NCBI GenBank assembly: GCA_902776375.1
Contig: CACYPV010000006.1
Coordinates: 893 to 64,892, forward strand
Origin: an uncultured Ruminococcus sp.
GTDB taxonomy: Bacteria > Bacillota > Clostridia > Oscillospirales > Acutalibacteraceae
Length of the DNA: 64,000 nucleotides
Direction of reading: 5' to 3'
Shown: one piece after another, positions 42,527 to 51,294 of the stretch
Layout of the letters: each line of letters begins with the position of its first letter
How positions within the stretch are numbered: position 1 is the stretch's first letter
Translations under genes and position numbers: made by a program
The notes under the pieces: model-generated
Database searches by the model: none
Told to the model about the DNA's origin: nothing
The model's input: the letters and a program-made list of their open reading frames with translations, nothing else

Positions 42527-43369
42527 CTAGCCGCCGACCCTACGGCATTTGACGAAGAATCGGTCGAAGTCGCCGCTTGCGGAGGGGGTGCAGGTGAACA
42601 TGGTGAAAAGATCCTCGCCCTCCTTGATGAACGCCGCGGCGGATTCGTTCGGCTTGAAGGTGTTCTTTTCGCTGACCTCGTAGGTCAGAGTTTCCCAAAA
42701 GTTCCTGACGGTTATTCTGTCGCCGATATTCAGGCTGCGCAGGTTGTCGAAGAATATCCTGCCCACATAGCCCGTGTGACCGGCTATGACGGCGTTGGTG
42801 TCGGCGCCGCCTATGGGGAGCGAGGTGAAGGTCATGTGCGCCGCGCCGTAGCTCATGTTTGAGTCGCTGGTGCCGAGATAGATAGGAAGCAGCATGTCGA
42901 TAGAGGGCGCGGAGACGTAGCCGTAAACGCCGTCGTAGATGCCGTAGTCGCGCAGGTCGAGCGCGGACTTGCCGTTGAAGTCGCCGCTGCCGTTGAACTT
43001 GCTGCCCTGAGTCTTTTTAAGATCCTCGTTGTAGGCTATGCTGTCGCGTCTTAGCCTGTCGAGATCGGCTTTGAACAGAACGGGCGCGCTGCTTGTGCGC
43101 TTGCCGCTCTCTTTGTCTACGGCGTAGCCTTCGGAGTCGACCTCGCCGGCTTTGAGCGCGTCGGCGTAGGTCTTTTGGGTTATGCCCGTGCCGGCGTCGC
43201 TGTCCTCGGATATCACATATGTGAGCGTTTTTTCATAGTCCTCGGTTTTGTGGCGCGCCTTCTGCTTTCCTATGTAATTGGAAATCGGCGGGAAAAGCAG
43301 TAAAGCCAAGCCCGCGAGCAGCAGGATCGAGGCGATGATGATAAGGATCAGCTTAGTGCGTTTTTTCAT
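42527..43369 (-). CDS. Sortase (class C-like or pilus-anchoring; no C-terminal TM helix, no DPF lid)
   Basis: N-terminal TM helix with His (VIAGHTG), Cys (TMFTCTP) and Arg (VKCRRV) catalytic motifs. Its TAG stop lies within the first CTAG word of the adjacent repeat. Confidence 0.85.
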   Translation of the reverse strand: MKKRTKLILIIIASILLLAGLALLLFPPISNYIGKQKARHKTEDYEKTLTYVISEDSDAGTGITQKTYADALKAGEVDSEGYAVDKESGKRTSSAPVLFKADLDRLRRDSIAYNEDLKKTQGSKFNGSGDFNGKSALDLRDYGIYDGVYGYVSAPSIDMLLPIYLGTSDSNMSYGAAHMTFTSLPIGGADTNAVIAGHTGYVGRIFFDNLRSLNIGDRITVRNFWETLTYEVSEKNTFKPNESAAAFIKEGEDLFTMFTCTPSASGDFDRFFVKCRRVGG

Positions 43370-43370
43370 A

Positions 43371-44282
43371 TCAGCCGCCTCCCCCGCTTTGCGCTTCGGC
43401 GTGAGCTGCCTTCTTTTTCTTCTTTCCGCGGCGCACGAAGAACACGACGATGAACACCACCATGCCTACAAAGCCCGTGATAACAAGGATAGCCGCCCAG
43501 TAGGGGATTTTGTAGCCGAGGAAAAAGATGTTGTCGCCGACAAGGTCGATAGCCTTGGCGCCGGTGACGATGTATTTTGAGTCGTCGTACTCGACGCGCT
43601 CGCCGCGCACGAGCAGGCGGTGGGTGTTGATGCTGTAGGGCGTGCAGGTGACGAGGGTCACGTAGTCCTTGCCGCGGGTTATGCGCAGGTCGCTTGTTTC
43701 CTCGGGCAGGACGGTCTTGATTTGGTTGACCTTGTATTTGAGCACGCGGTTGAGGACGCGGATGTAGAACTCGTCGCCCTCCTCCATGTCGGTGAGGTAG
43801 TCAAAGAAGGTCTGCCCCGGGAATGCGGAATGCGCGGATATGACCGCGTGGGTGCTTTCGCCGCCGATGGGCATAGAGGTGTTTTGCAGGTGGCCTGCCG
43901 AACGGGCGAGCACTTCCTCGGAGGTTGAATGGTTGATGGGCAGCGTGACGTTGATCTTGGGTATGTCGATATAGCCGATGAGCCCCTGACCGTCGACGTT
44001 GAGCGCCTTGGCGTATTCCCTGCCTATCTTCTCGTACGCTTCCTTGTCGAAGGGGTCGATGATTATGACGTTTTGGGTGAGGCTGTCGTTGTATTTTTTG
44101 GCGCTCTCGAGCAGCTCCTTTTGCCTTTCGGTGGGCATTTCCTTTGTGACCTGGGTGTACTCCTCAGCCTGCTGCCGCGCGGCGAAGTTATTGACCGCCG
44201 AGCTTATGAGCGGATATAGAAGTATGCCTAAGCCCACAAGGAAAATGAGCGCGATACCGATTATCGGGAGTTTTGATTTCAT
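43371..44282 (-). CDS. Class C (pilin-polymerising) sortase
   Basis: N- and C-terminal TM helices, lid motif IIDPFD, and HAVISAHS, TLVTCTP and LLVRGERV motifs. Confidence 0.9.
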   Translation of the reverse strand: MKSKLPIIGIALIFLVGLGILLYPLISSAVNNFAARQQAEEYTQVTKEMPTERQKELLESAKKYNDSLTQNVIIIDPFDKEAYEKIGREYAKALNVDGQGLIGYIDIPKINVTLPINHSTSEEVLARSAGHLQNTSMPIGGESTHAVISAHSAFPGQTFFDYLTDMEEGDEFYIRVLNRVLKYKVNQIKTVLPEETSDLRITRGKDYVTLVTCTPYSINTHRLLVRGERVEYDDSKYIVTGAKAIDLVGDNIFFLGYKIPYWAAILVITGFVGMVVFIVVFFVRRGKKKKKAAHAEAQSGGGG

Positions 44283-44390
44283 GTGTTTGATTCCTTTTTT
44301 AGATTCTAGAAGCTAGAGGCTAGAAGCTAGATATAATATATCCTACATTCTTCTAGCATCTAGCTTCTGGCATCTAGCCTCTAAATGCTG
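44283..44390. repeat. CTAG-word hairpin element (arms only, no core) between the pilin and sortase genes
   Basis: CTAGAAGCTAGAGGCTAGAAGCTAG (about 44296-44325) is complementary to CTAGCATCTAGCTTCTGGCATCTAGCCTCTA (about 44352-44385). Confidence 0.75.
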
Positions 44391-44392
44391 TT

Positions 44393-44420
44393 GTCGGGGA
44401 CGTGAGAACACGTCCCCGAC
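44393..44420 (-). promoter_or_regulatory. 12-bp GC-rich stem-loop just downstream of the pilin gene (possible attenuator or transcript stabiliser)
   Basis: GTCGGGGACGTG-AGAA-CACGTCCCCGAC. No U-run follows on the minus strand, so it is not a canonical terminator. Confidence 0.4.
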
Positions 44421-44451
44421 GGATCGATCTATTCAAGTGTGAATAGTCAAA

Positions 44452-45891
44452 TTATTTTGTGCTCTTCTTCTTTCTCATGATAACGATGAAGAGGATGCCT
44501 GCGCAAGCGATGAGGGAAGCGCCGATGATGGTGAACATCATTGTGCCGGGGCCGCCTGTTGCGGGCATAACAACGGGAGTGTTGCCGATCTTAACGCCCT
44601 TGAGGGTAGCGTCGTACTGAGCGCTTGTTACTGCGCCGTCAGCGCCGATGGTTACGGTGTACTGAGTGGTGTTTTCGTTGTAGCCCTTGGGCGGGTTTGT
44701 CTCAACGAGGGTGTAGGTGCCCTTCTTAAGACCGGTAAAGGTAGCCTTGCCGCCGTTAGCGGTGGTAGCGGTGTAGGTCTTGCTGCCCATGGTCAGGGTG
44801 AAGGTAGCGCCGTCGAGCTTCTTGGTATCGTCGGTAGCGTCAACCTTGTAGAGGTCTACGTCGAAGGTGTAAACGTGAACAGAGTTACCGTTTACGGTGC
44901 TGTCTACGCCCTGCTTGTTGGTGTAGGAAAGGCTGTCCTTGTTATAGTTTGCAACAGTGTTGTCATAAGCGGTAGCGTCGTCGCCGGCGGTTCTGCCGTG
45001 AACAGCGTTAGCGTTGAGCTTGCCCTTGAGGGTAACTACAACGTTGGCAGCAGCATAGAAGCCGTTGTCGCCGGTAGCCTTCTTGGCGTTGTTGAGGTAA
45101 GCCTCGGTAAGAGCGATGGTGATGTCAGCCTTGTTAGTGGAGGTAACGGTGTAGTCTGTGCCGCTTGTAAGGGTAGTTGCTTCGTCGAGAGTTACGGAGT
45201 CAACGCTTACAAAATCAAGACCCTCGGACATGGAATCGTGGATAACATAGCTGGTGAGGTACTCGTCCTTGGTGCCGGTTACGGAAGCGGTCAGCTTAAA
45301 GGTAACGTTGTCGCCGACATGCTCGGTGGTCTGAGTTGTGTTGCCCATGTCGCCGTTTACGATCTCTTTGCTAACGGAAACGGTGCCGTCGGCGATCTTT
45401 GCGCTCATGTCGATGGTCTGGCTGGTCATAGGAGTGCCGTTGCTGTCCTTAGCGTCGGAAAGATAGAATACGCAGCCGCCGGTCTTTTTAACGCTTACGC
45501 CCGCGGGAGTAGCTGTTACGGTAGCATAGTAGATACCTTCGATGGTGGTGGTGAAGGTGGTCTTGTTGTCTGAACCGAAGGTCAGAGCGTTGCCGGACTG
45601 TGTGCCGGTGTTGTTGCCTGCCTTCTTGGCAGTTTCGCAGGCTGCGAGAAGATCGGCGGGAACGATGCCGGTATCCTTTGTGATCTGAGCAGCGATAGTT
45701 GAGTCAATGCCGGTTGCAGGTACATAGGCTGCGCCGTCATATGCAGCGATCTGATAAACGGTGATGGTGTATCCGTCTTTACCTGTGATTTCTGCGGTAT
45801 AGCTGCTTACTGCGCTTGCCGCGAAGGGGATCATGAGTGCGAGGATCATTACTGCCAGTGCTACGGCAATAATTCTTTTTGTAGCTTTCAT
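44452..45891 (-). CDS. Backbone pilin (isopeptide-forming fimbrial domain plus Cna-B-like domain) with an MPATG sorting signal
   Basis: Signal peptide; HVGDNVTFKLTASVTG..YVIHDSMSEGLDF; E-box-like YTLVETNPPKGY; C-terminus VVMPATGGPG followed by a hydrophobic helix and RKKKSTK. Confidence 0.85.
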   Translation of the reverse strand: MKATKRIIAVALAVMILALMIPFAASAVSSYTAEITGKDGYTITVYQIAAYDGAAYVPATGIDSTIAAQITKDTGIVPADLLAACETAKKAGNNTGTQSGNALTFGSDNKTTFTTTIEGIYYATVTATPAGVSVKKTGGCVFYLSDAKDSNGTPMTSQTIDMSAKIADGTVSVSKEIVNGDMGNTTQTTEHVGDNVTFKLTASVTGTKDEYLTSYVIHDSMSEGLDFVSVDSVTLDEATTLTSGTDYTVTSTNKADITIALTEAYLNNAKKATGDNGFYAAANVVVTLKGKLNANAVHGRTAGDDATAYDNTVANYNKDSLSYTNKQGVDSTVNGNSVHVYTFDVDLYKVDATDDTKKLDGATFTLTMGSKTYTATTANGGKATFTGLKKGTYTLVETNPPKGYNENTTQYTVTIGADGAVTSAQYDATLKGVKIGNTPVVMPATGGPGTMMFTIIGASLIACAGILFIVIMRKKKSTK

Positions 45892-45935
45892 TACTTTTTC
45901 TCCTTTAAATATTTTTAGTATTAATAATAAATAAA

Positions 45936-48900
45936 TTATTTGTATCTTCTGCCGTGTCTGCTTTTGCGCTTTGCGCGGGCGCGTCTGTCATATACGATAT
46001 AACCCGCAGCCATAAGCAGAGCCGAGCCGAATATACCGAAGCCGATGAACAGGAATGTTCTTACTCCGGGGCCGCCCGAAGCGGGATCGATGACCGCGAC
46101 GTTGGTGTAGTCGAACGTTACGGCGTACTGGCTTTCATACGGGAAGGTGACCAGCTTGGTGGTTTTGTTGGTATTGTAGCCGTCTGTGGGCGAATACTCA
46201 AACACCAGATAGGTCTGAGGTGTGAAGGTGCCTTGCAGATAGTTCGCGCTGTTCACCCAAGTGCCGGATTCCACATTGTAGATCGGGTCGCCGTTCTGGT
46301 AAATCGGAAGGTTCTCGAAGTACGCCTGCGCCTTGCCGGATTTTGCCGTTGTAGGCTTGATGATAAGGTCGTTCTCATCCATAGCGAGAAGGGCGTTGAG
46401 CTGAGCTTCGGTGGGAAGCTTGTCCTCAGCCGCGACCTTGATGACCGCAAACTCGGTGTCGTAAACGGGATCGCCGGCTTGGTCGTCCTTGTTTACGACG
46501 ATCTCGCCGTACTGAACGGTGTTCTTAAAGGTGACGTCGGTGGTTTCGGTGGTGAAGTTGCTGTTTGTGTAGAACTTAAGCGTGCTTCTGTCGATCTTTA
46601 ACGCGCCGCCGTCGCTTATGACACTGAAGCCGGTGTAGATAACACGGGAATCATAAACCATGCCGTCGGGTGAAGAAACTGTGGTCGGCGCGGTCTCTGT
46701 GATGCTGTAACGGTAGTTGCCCGGAGTGGTGAAGTTCAGGCTGAAGTTGACTTCGCCGTTGCTCGCGTTCGAGGTGACGACCTGAGTGGTAGCGGGGTTG
46801 GAAACATAGGTTGTTCCGCTTTTGCCGCCGCTTGTCATCGCGTTCAGTTCAAAGTTGAACAGCGTTCCGGTATAATCCTGTCCGTCAAGAGTTTTGTTGA
46901 CGGTAATGGTATCTGCGCCGCTCTGCTTCGTGTTGGTGATGCCGATGTTGCCGCCGCCCGCGAGGTTGGGCTTATTAACGGTGATCCAGCCGCCGTTGCC
47001 GTCCTCGGTAACGCCGTTGGATACGCCCTGATAAACGTAGCCGGTGGGCATCGAGGTCTCGGTGACCTTGAACTTAGCGCCTACGGGAATGCCCTCGAAG
47101 GTGAGCGTTCTGCCATCCTTAAGCTTCGCGCCGCTCGCGAGCTTGCCGTCGCTGCCGAGCTCAAAGGTTCCGTTAAGGTCGGACGCGGTGTATTTGAGGC
47201 TGTAGGGACGGAAACCGAGAGAATCGGACAGCGCCACTGTAACAACAGCGTCAAACTCGGTAGCGTCGTCTTGGGTGCCGCCCGCCACGGTCTTTGTAAC
47301 GCCTACGGGAGCGGTAAGGGGTTTGTTCTCGTAATCGATCTGCAGCTTGGCAAATTCCATAAGGTTCGGATTCGACACATCATTCACAAGCTGCTTGGTA
47401 TCGGTAGAGAAGCCGCTTTCGGGAAGCTCGTCAACGCTGCCGTTCGAAGCCGACTGATTGCCGACCTTGTCGGTATACTGCCACTTACTGTCGTAGGTGA
47501 GGTAGCTCGACGACAACTGCGTCTGCTTTACCGAGATGGTTTCTCCGGTAGTGAAGGCGTTACCGAAGTCCGCCTCGCCGCCGTCTTTCAAATCAAAGCT
47601 TGAGCCGCCGAGGGTGAACGCGCCGTCGCTGAACTTTGCTCCGCTGCTTGAGGACGTGATATCAACGCTCTTTAGGTTTTTGCCGTCGTTGAAAACCGCG
47701 CCCGTAGCGCCGCTCGGGATAGATATTTTGTAGTCTCCGCCGCGGGTATAAGCGGTCATCTGGGTACCGGGCCATGAAGCGCCCACAGTGCCGCTGCTGT
47801 TGAAGAAGTAGCAATAGTACTTATTCCAGCCCAAGTTGTGCGCGTCGAGGTACAGATAGCTGCTGCCCGCGTCTGACGGGATACCGCTCGTCCATTTTTT
47901 TGCCGTGTAATTGGGCAGACTTTCGGAGCCGGATTTTGCGCCGTATTTAAGGCTGGCGATCTCGTTTGTTCCGTCGCCGCCGTAAGGAGTGAATGTAAAG
48001 CTGTCGAGCTCTTTAACAGTTTGTCTTAAGCCTTCGTTCACGTATGTTGTATCGATTTTTTCGGTAACTACTACCTCGTTGCCCAAAGGAACGAAGTTGA
48101 AGTTAAAGCTGAGGTTGGATTCGATCATACCTCTTTCAACATAGAACATAGTCAGAGTGTGCTTCTCTGTAGGATCTGTGTTGCTGAGCCATGTAAAGCT
48201 TTGGTTACGTGTAGCGCCGTTGAAGGTGTGACCCGTATCTACCGTAACCGTTCTGTTGGCAAAATTGATCGTGCCGGTCGCCTTTTTGTGGTCGCCGCCG
48301 AGGTCGAGAACAAGCTTTCCGTCAATGTAGACCCAAACGTCGTCGTCGCCCGTGAAGGTGAACTTTTCATCAACGCCGTTGTTCTTGCCGTTCATGCCGA
48401 TGTTGAAGTCAACATCGATACGCATTCCGAAGCCGTAGTTCTTAGCCACTACATTGCCGGTCCTGTCGCCGTCAAACGGGAAGAAGCCATAGCCGCTCGT
48501 CTCTCTGTCGGAATAGGAGTAGAGCGAATCCTGCGCTTTCTTGCTGTTTTCAGCATAGGATACGGTAGGACTGCTTCCGCCGAGACCGTTGAACCAAACG
48601 TTATCCTTGCCGTTTGTGCTGTCAAAGTAATAGCCCATTACGCCGTTCTCTTCAACCATGCGCATGGGGAACTTTGAATTGACCACCGAACCGACTTTCT
48701 TTGAGCTGAGGAAGTCCTCATCGAAGAAGGGAACGGTCGTTGAGCTGTTGTAGCCGCTGTTTCCGGCGTATACAAGCTTGCCCGTCGCCTTTCCGTTGTC
48801 CAAAGTGCCGCCCGTAAGGCCCGCGACCGACTTATGGTTGCCGCCGATGTTGTTAGAGTTGTTCGCCTTATTGTTGAAATTCTTAAGGTTTGAAGAACCC

Positions 48901-49838
48901 TCACCGGTGTATCCGTCGTTCTTTCCGTAGAAGTTACCGAAGTAAAGCGGATAGTTGACACTGCTGTCATGCTCGGCGATCTTGCTGTTCAGATACTGGA
49001 ACGGCTCCCAGTAGCCCGCCCACCAATACCAGTTGTTGTTCTTGGTGTAGTGGACGGAGGCGTGGTTGGACTCGTAATTGATATTGCGCCAACCCTTCTG
49101 GATCTCATCGTCGTTGTAGTAATCATAAAATGTCGCGTCAATGGTGTAAAGATCGCTGTTGCCGGTTATGGTGCTGTCGGGATTTGCCGTCTTGGAACTG
49201 TAAGACGCGTTGTTCGAGGGACGGAAGCATGTCCATTCAGCGGGACTGTAGCCATCGTTGCCCCAACTTTTGATCTTTATACAGTTGGATTTGCTGCCCG
49301 CGGTTTTTGTTCGCTGGTTATCCCACATATAGTACTGAGTCAAATTCCACTTTTCGGTAGCACCGCTGTTGGTTCTGACGACACGGACATGGCTGATCTT
49401 GTCGCTGGGGATCCTGAAACGATAAACATGGTCGCAGAATTTGTCGGCCTTGATACCCTTTTGCAGGACATTGGAACCCGAAAACCAGCCGTCGTTCTGA
49501 AAGTTTTCCTCAAACTCATGGCAGTAGTTAGCGTCGACCGAGTCGTTGTAATAAGTGAAAACTCTGATCTCAGCACCGTCTTTGTCCCAAAAATCGTTGT
49601 TGCCTATCCGGCAGTCAATGAAAATACATTCATTGTCGATAAAGGCACTTTCGCCCTGAGCTGAAACCATGGGCACGGCGATAACCAGTGCCGAAGCCGC
49701 AATCAAAACCGAAAGCAAAACAGCCAGCACGCCGAGAAGCGATCTTTTACCCTGACGCGATGTGTATTTTGTAGCTTTTTTTATAATTACCATCTTCCTT
49801 TCTTTAGATTTTTTCGCATTACCGCGCGGCGTCAGCAC
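45936..49838 (-). CDS. 1300-aa pilus tip adhesin candidate: fibro-slime/PA14-like region, CBM25/26-like module, several Cna-B/isopeptide-type domains, DPASG sorting signal
   Basis: FTGDDDVWVYIDGKLVLDLGGDHKK (about 48290-48362); YLYLDAHNLGWNKYYCYFFNSSGTVGASWPGTQMT.. (about 47655-47861); FKVTETSMPTGY, YRYSITETAP and LVFEYSPTDGY; C-terminus IDPASGGPG, a TM helix and a basic tail. The start is either GTG 49838 or ATG 49793. Confidence 0.85.
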   Translation of the reverse strand: MLTPRGNAKKSKERKMVIIKKATKYTSRQGKRSLLGVLAVLLSVLIAASALVIAVPMVSAQGESAFIDNECIFIDCRIGNNDFWDKDGAEIRVFTYYNDSVDANYCHEFEENFQNDGWFSGSNVLQKGIKADKFCDHVYRFRIPSDKISHVRVVRTNSGATEKWNLTQYYMWDNQRTKTAGSKSNCIKIKSWGNDGYSPAEWTCFRPSNNASYSSKTANPDSTITGNSDLYTIDATFYDYYNDDEIQKGWRNINYESNHASVHYTKNNNWYWWAGYWEPFQYLNSKIAEHDSSVNYPLYFGNFYGKNDGYTGEGSSNLKNFNNKANNSNNIGGNHKSVAGLTGGTLDNGKATGKLVYAGNSGYNSSTTVPFFDEDFLSSKKVGSVVNSKFPMRMVEENGVMGYYFDSTNGKDNVWFNGLGGSSPTVSYAENSKKAQDSLYSYSDRETSGYGFFPFDGDRTGNVVAKNYGFGMRIDVDFNIGMNGKNNGVDEKFTFTGDDDVWVYIDGKLVLDLGGDHKKATGTINFANRTVTVDTGHTFNGATRNQSFTWLSNTDPTEKHTLTMFYVERGMIESNLSFNFNFVPLGNEVVVTEKIDTTYVNEGLRQTVKELDSFTFTPYGGDGTNEIASLKYGAKSGSESLPNYTAKKWTSGIPSDAGSSYLYLDAHNLGWNKYYCYFFNSSGTVGASWPGTQMTAYTRGGDYKISIPSGATGAVFNDGKNLKSVDITSSSSGAKFSDGAFTLGGSSFDLKDGGEADFGNAFTTGETISVKQTQLSSSYLTYDSKWQYTDKVGNQSASNGSVDELPESGFSTDTKQLVNDVSNPNLMEFAKLQIDYENKPLTAPVGVTKTVAGGTQDDATEFDAVVTVALSDSLGFRPYSLKYTASDLNGTFELGSDGKLASGAKLKDGRTLTFEGIPVGAKFKVTETSMPTGYVYQGVSNGVTEDGNGGWITVNKPNLAGGGNIGITNTKQSGADTITVNKTLDGQDYTGTLFNFELNAMTSGGKSGTTYVSNPATTQVVTSNASNGEVNFSLNFTTPGNYRYSITETAPTTVSSPDGMVYDSRVIYTGFSVISDGGALKIDRSTLKFYTNSNFTTETTDVTFKNTVQYGEIVVNKDDQAGDPVYDTEFAVIKVAAEDKLPTEAQLNALLAMDENDLIIKPTTAKSGKAQAYFENLPIYQNGDPIYNVESGTWVNSANYLQGTFTPQTYLVFEYSPTDGYNTNKTTKLVTFPYESQYAVTFDYTNVAVIDPASGGPGVRTFLFIGFGIFGSALLMAAGYIVYDRRARAKRKSRHGRRYK

Positions 49839-50207
49839 ACTACCCCGCTTTTGTGCGATATGCGAAAATTGAGTGCAGTATTTTTGTTAAACTTTTCACA
49901 AATACTAACACTTTTGTGAAAATTCAACAGATACCCAAATAACATTATAAAACATTTGTTTTATTTTTTTTGTTCCTTTATAGAAATAAAATTCAGGAAA
50001 ATAAATGCCTGCCGGATACCCTTCAAAAAATTGTATATTGTTGTTCACAACAAAAAATTATTACTTTATTAATTTTCATTTTATATTTCTTTCGCCAAAT
50101 CCGTTGTGATAAATGCACAATCAAAAAGCAGAAATTTTGTAATAACTTACAAAGGCAGAATCGCGATTGAAATGTGCCGAATGTTGTGATATAGTAGTAG
50201 ACAGGAA

Positions 50208-51236
50208 GTGATTACAGTGATTGATATCTACCCCGATTTTTATAAAGAGTTCAAATGCATAGCGAACCGCTGCGAGGACAGCTGCTGCAAGGACTGGGAC
50301 ATCGACATTGACAGCGAGACCGAGCGGTTTTACATGACCGTCAAGGGCGCGACGGGCGACAAGATAAGAGACAAGCTTGTGACCGACGAATACGGCGAGC
50401 GGGTGTTCAAGGCGGAGGGCGGCAGATGCCCGTTTTGGAACAGCGACATGCTGTGCGATATCTTCATCGACATTGGCGAGGAGCACCTGAGCGAGACCTG
50501 CGGCGGATTTCCGCGCGTTAAGGTGGACTACGTTGATTTTCGCGAGCATTTGCTGTCGTTCGCCTGCCCCGAGGCGGCGAGGATAATGCTGCGCAGCGAA
50601 AACTCCTACACCGGCTTCGGCGGCGAGGCTGAGCTGAGCCTTGCCGAAAACGGCGACGACTACATGAGCTTTTTGCTTAAGGCGAGGGAGCGCTCGGCGG
50701 AGATACTGACGGATGGGAGCCTGCCGTTCAAATACCGCCTTGCCGACTGCCTGGACTTTAACGTTCAGGTGCAGAGCATTTTGGACGGCGCTGAACCGCA
50801 GCCAATGAGCGAGGGAAAAACCGAGGGCAACGGTTTTATATTCGACATGCATCTTAAATTTGAGATAATGAGCGAACGCTGGCGCGAGGCTCTTGAGGAA
50901 GCTAAGGAAAACGCCTCGGCAAAAGCGTCGGACGAATTTGAAGCAGATTTTGAAAAATTCGCACTGTACTACATTTACCGCTACTATCTGGAGGCTGTGA
51001 ATTCGGGCGATGTGCTGTACTCGATAAAACGCATAATCTGCGCGTATGTGATAACCGAAAGGCTTGACGCGGACTTTGCCGCGAAGGGCTATCCCCTGCC
51101 GCGCATGAGGATATTGCAGCGCTACTCAAAGGAGGTAGAGCACTCCTACGACAACACCGAGGCGCTGAACGCGGAATTTGACCGCGACGAAAGATTTTCG
51201 GCGGAGAACCTTATCGCGCTGCTGGAAGAGCTTTAA
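50208..51236 (+). CDS. FliB-family lysine-N-methylase-like protein (YkgJ-type Cys cluster)
   Basis: The N-terminal FKCIANRCEDSCCKDWDIDID matches, from memory, the FliB signature FSCSGSACRDHCCKGWKITLD. There is also a second GGRCPFW..MLCDI motif. The start is GTG 50208 or GTG 50217. Confidence 0.65.
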   Translation: MITVIDIYPDFYKEFKCIANRCEDSCCKDWDIDIDSETERFYMTVKGATGDKIRDKLVTDEYGERVFKAEGGRCPFWNSDMLCDIFIDIGEEHLSETCGGFPRVKVDYVDFREHLLSFACPEAARIMLRSENSYTGFGGEAELSLAENGDDYMSFLLKARERSAEILTDGSLPFKYRLADCLDFNVQVQSILDGAEPQPMSEGKTEGNGFIFDMHLKFEIMSERWREALEEAKENASAKASDEFEADFEKFALYYIYRYYLEAVNSGDVLYSIKRIICAYVITERLDADFAAKGYPLPRMRILQRYSKEVEHSYDNTEALNAEFDRDERFSAENLIALLEEL

Positions 51237-51250
51237 CAATGGAAAATTAC

Positions 51251-51290
51251 GGGCGGAAGCGCTGAAATAACGCTTCCGCCCGGTTTTTTA
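51251..51290. terminator. Bidirectional rho-independent terminator
   Basis: GGGCGGAAGCG-N9-CGCTTCCGCCC followed by GGTTTTTTA, between convergent genes. Confidence 0.8.
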
Positions 51291-51294
51291 TCTT

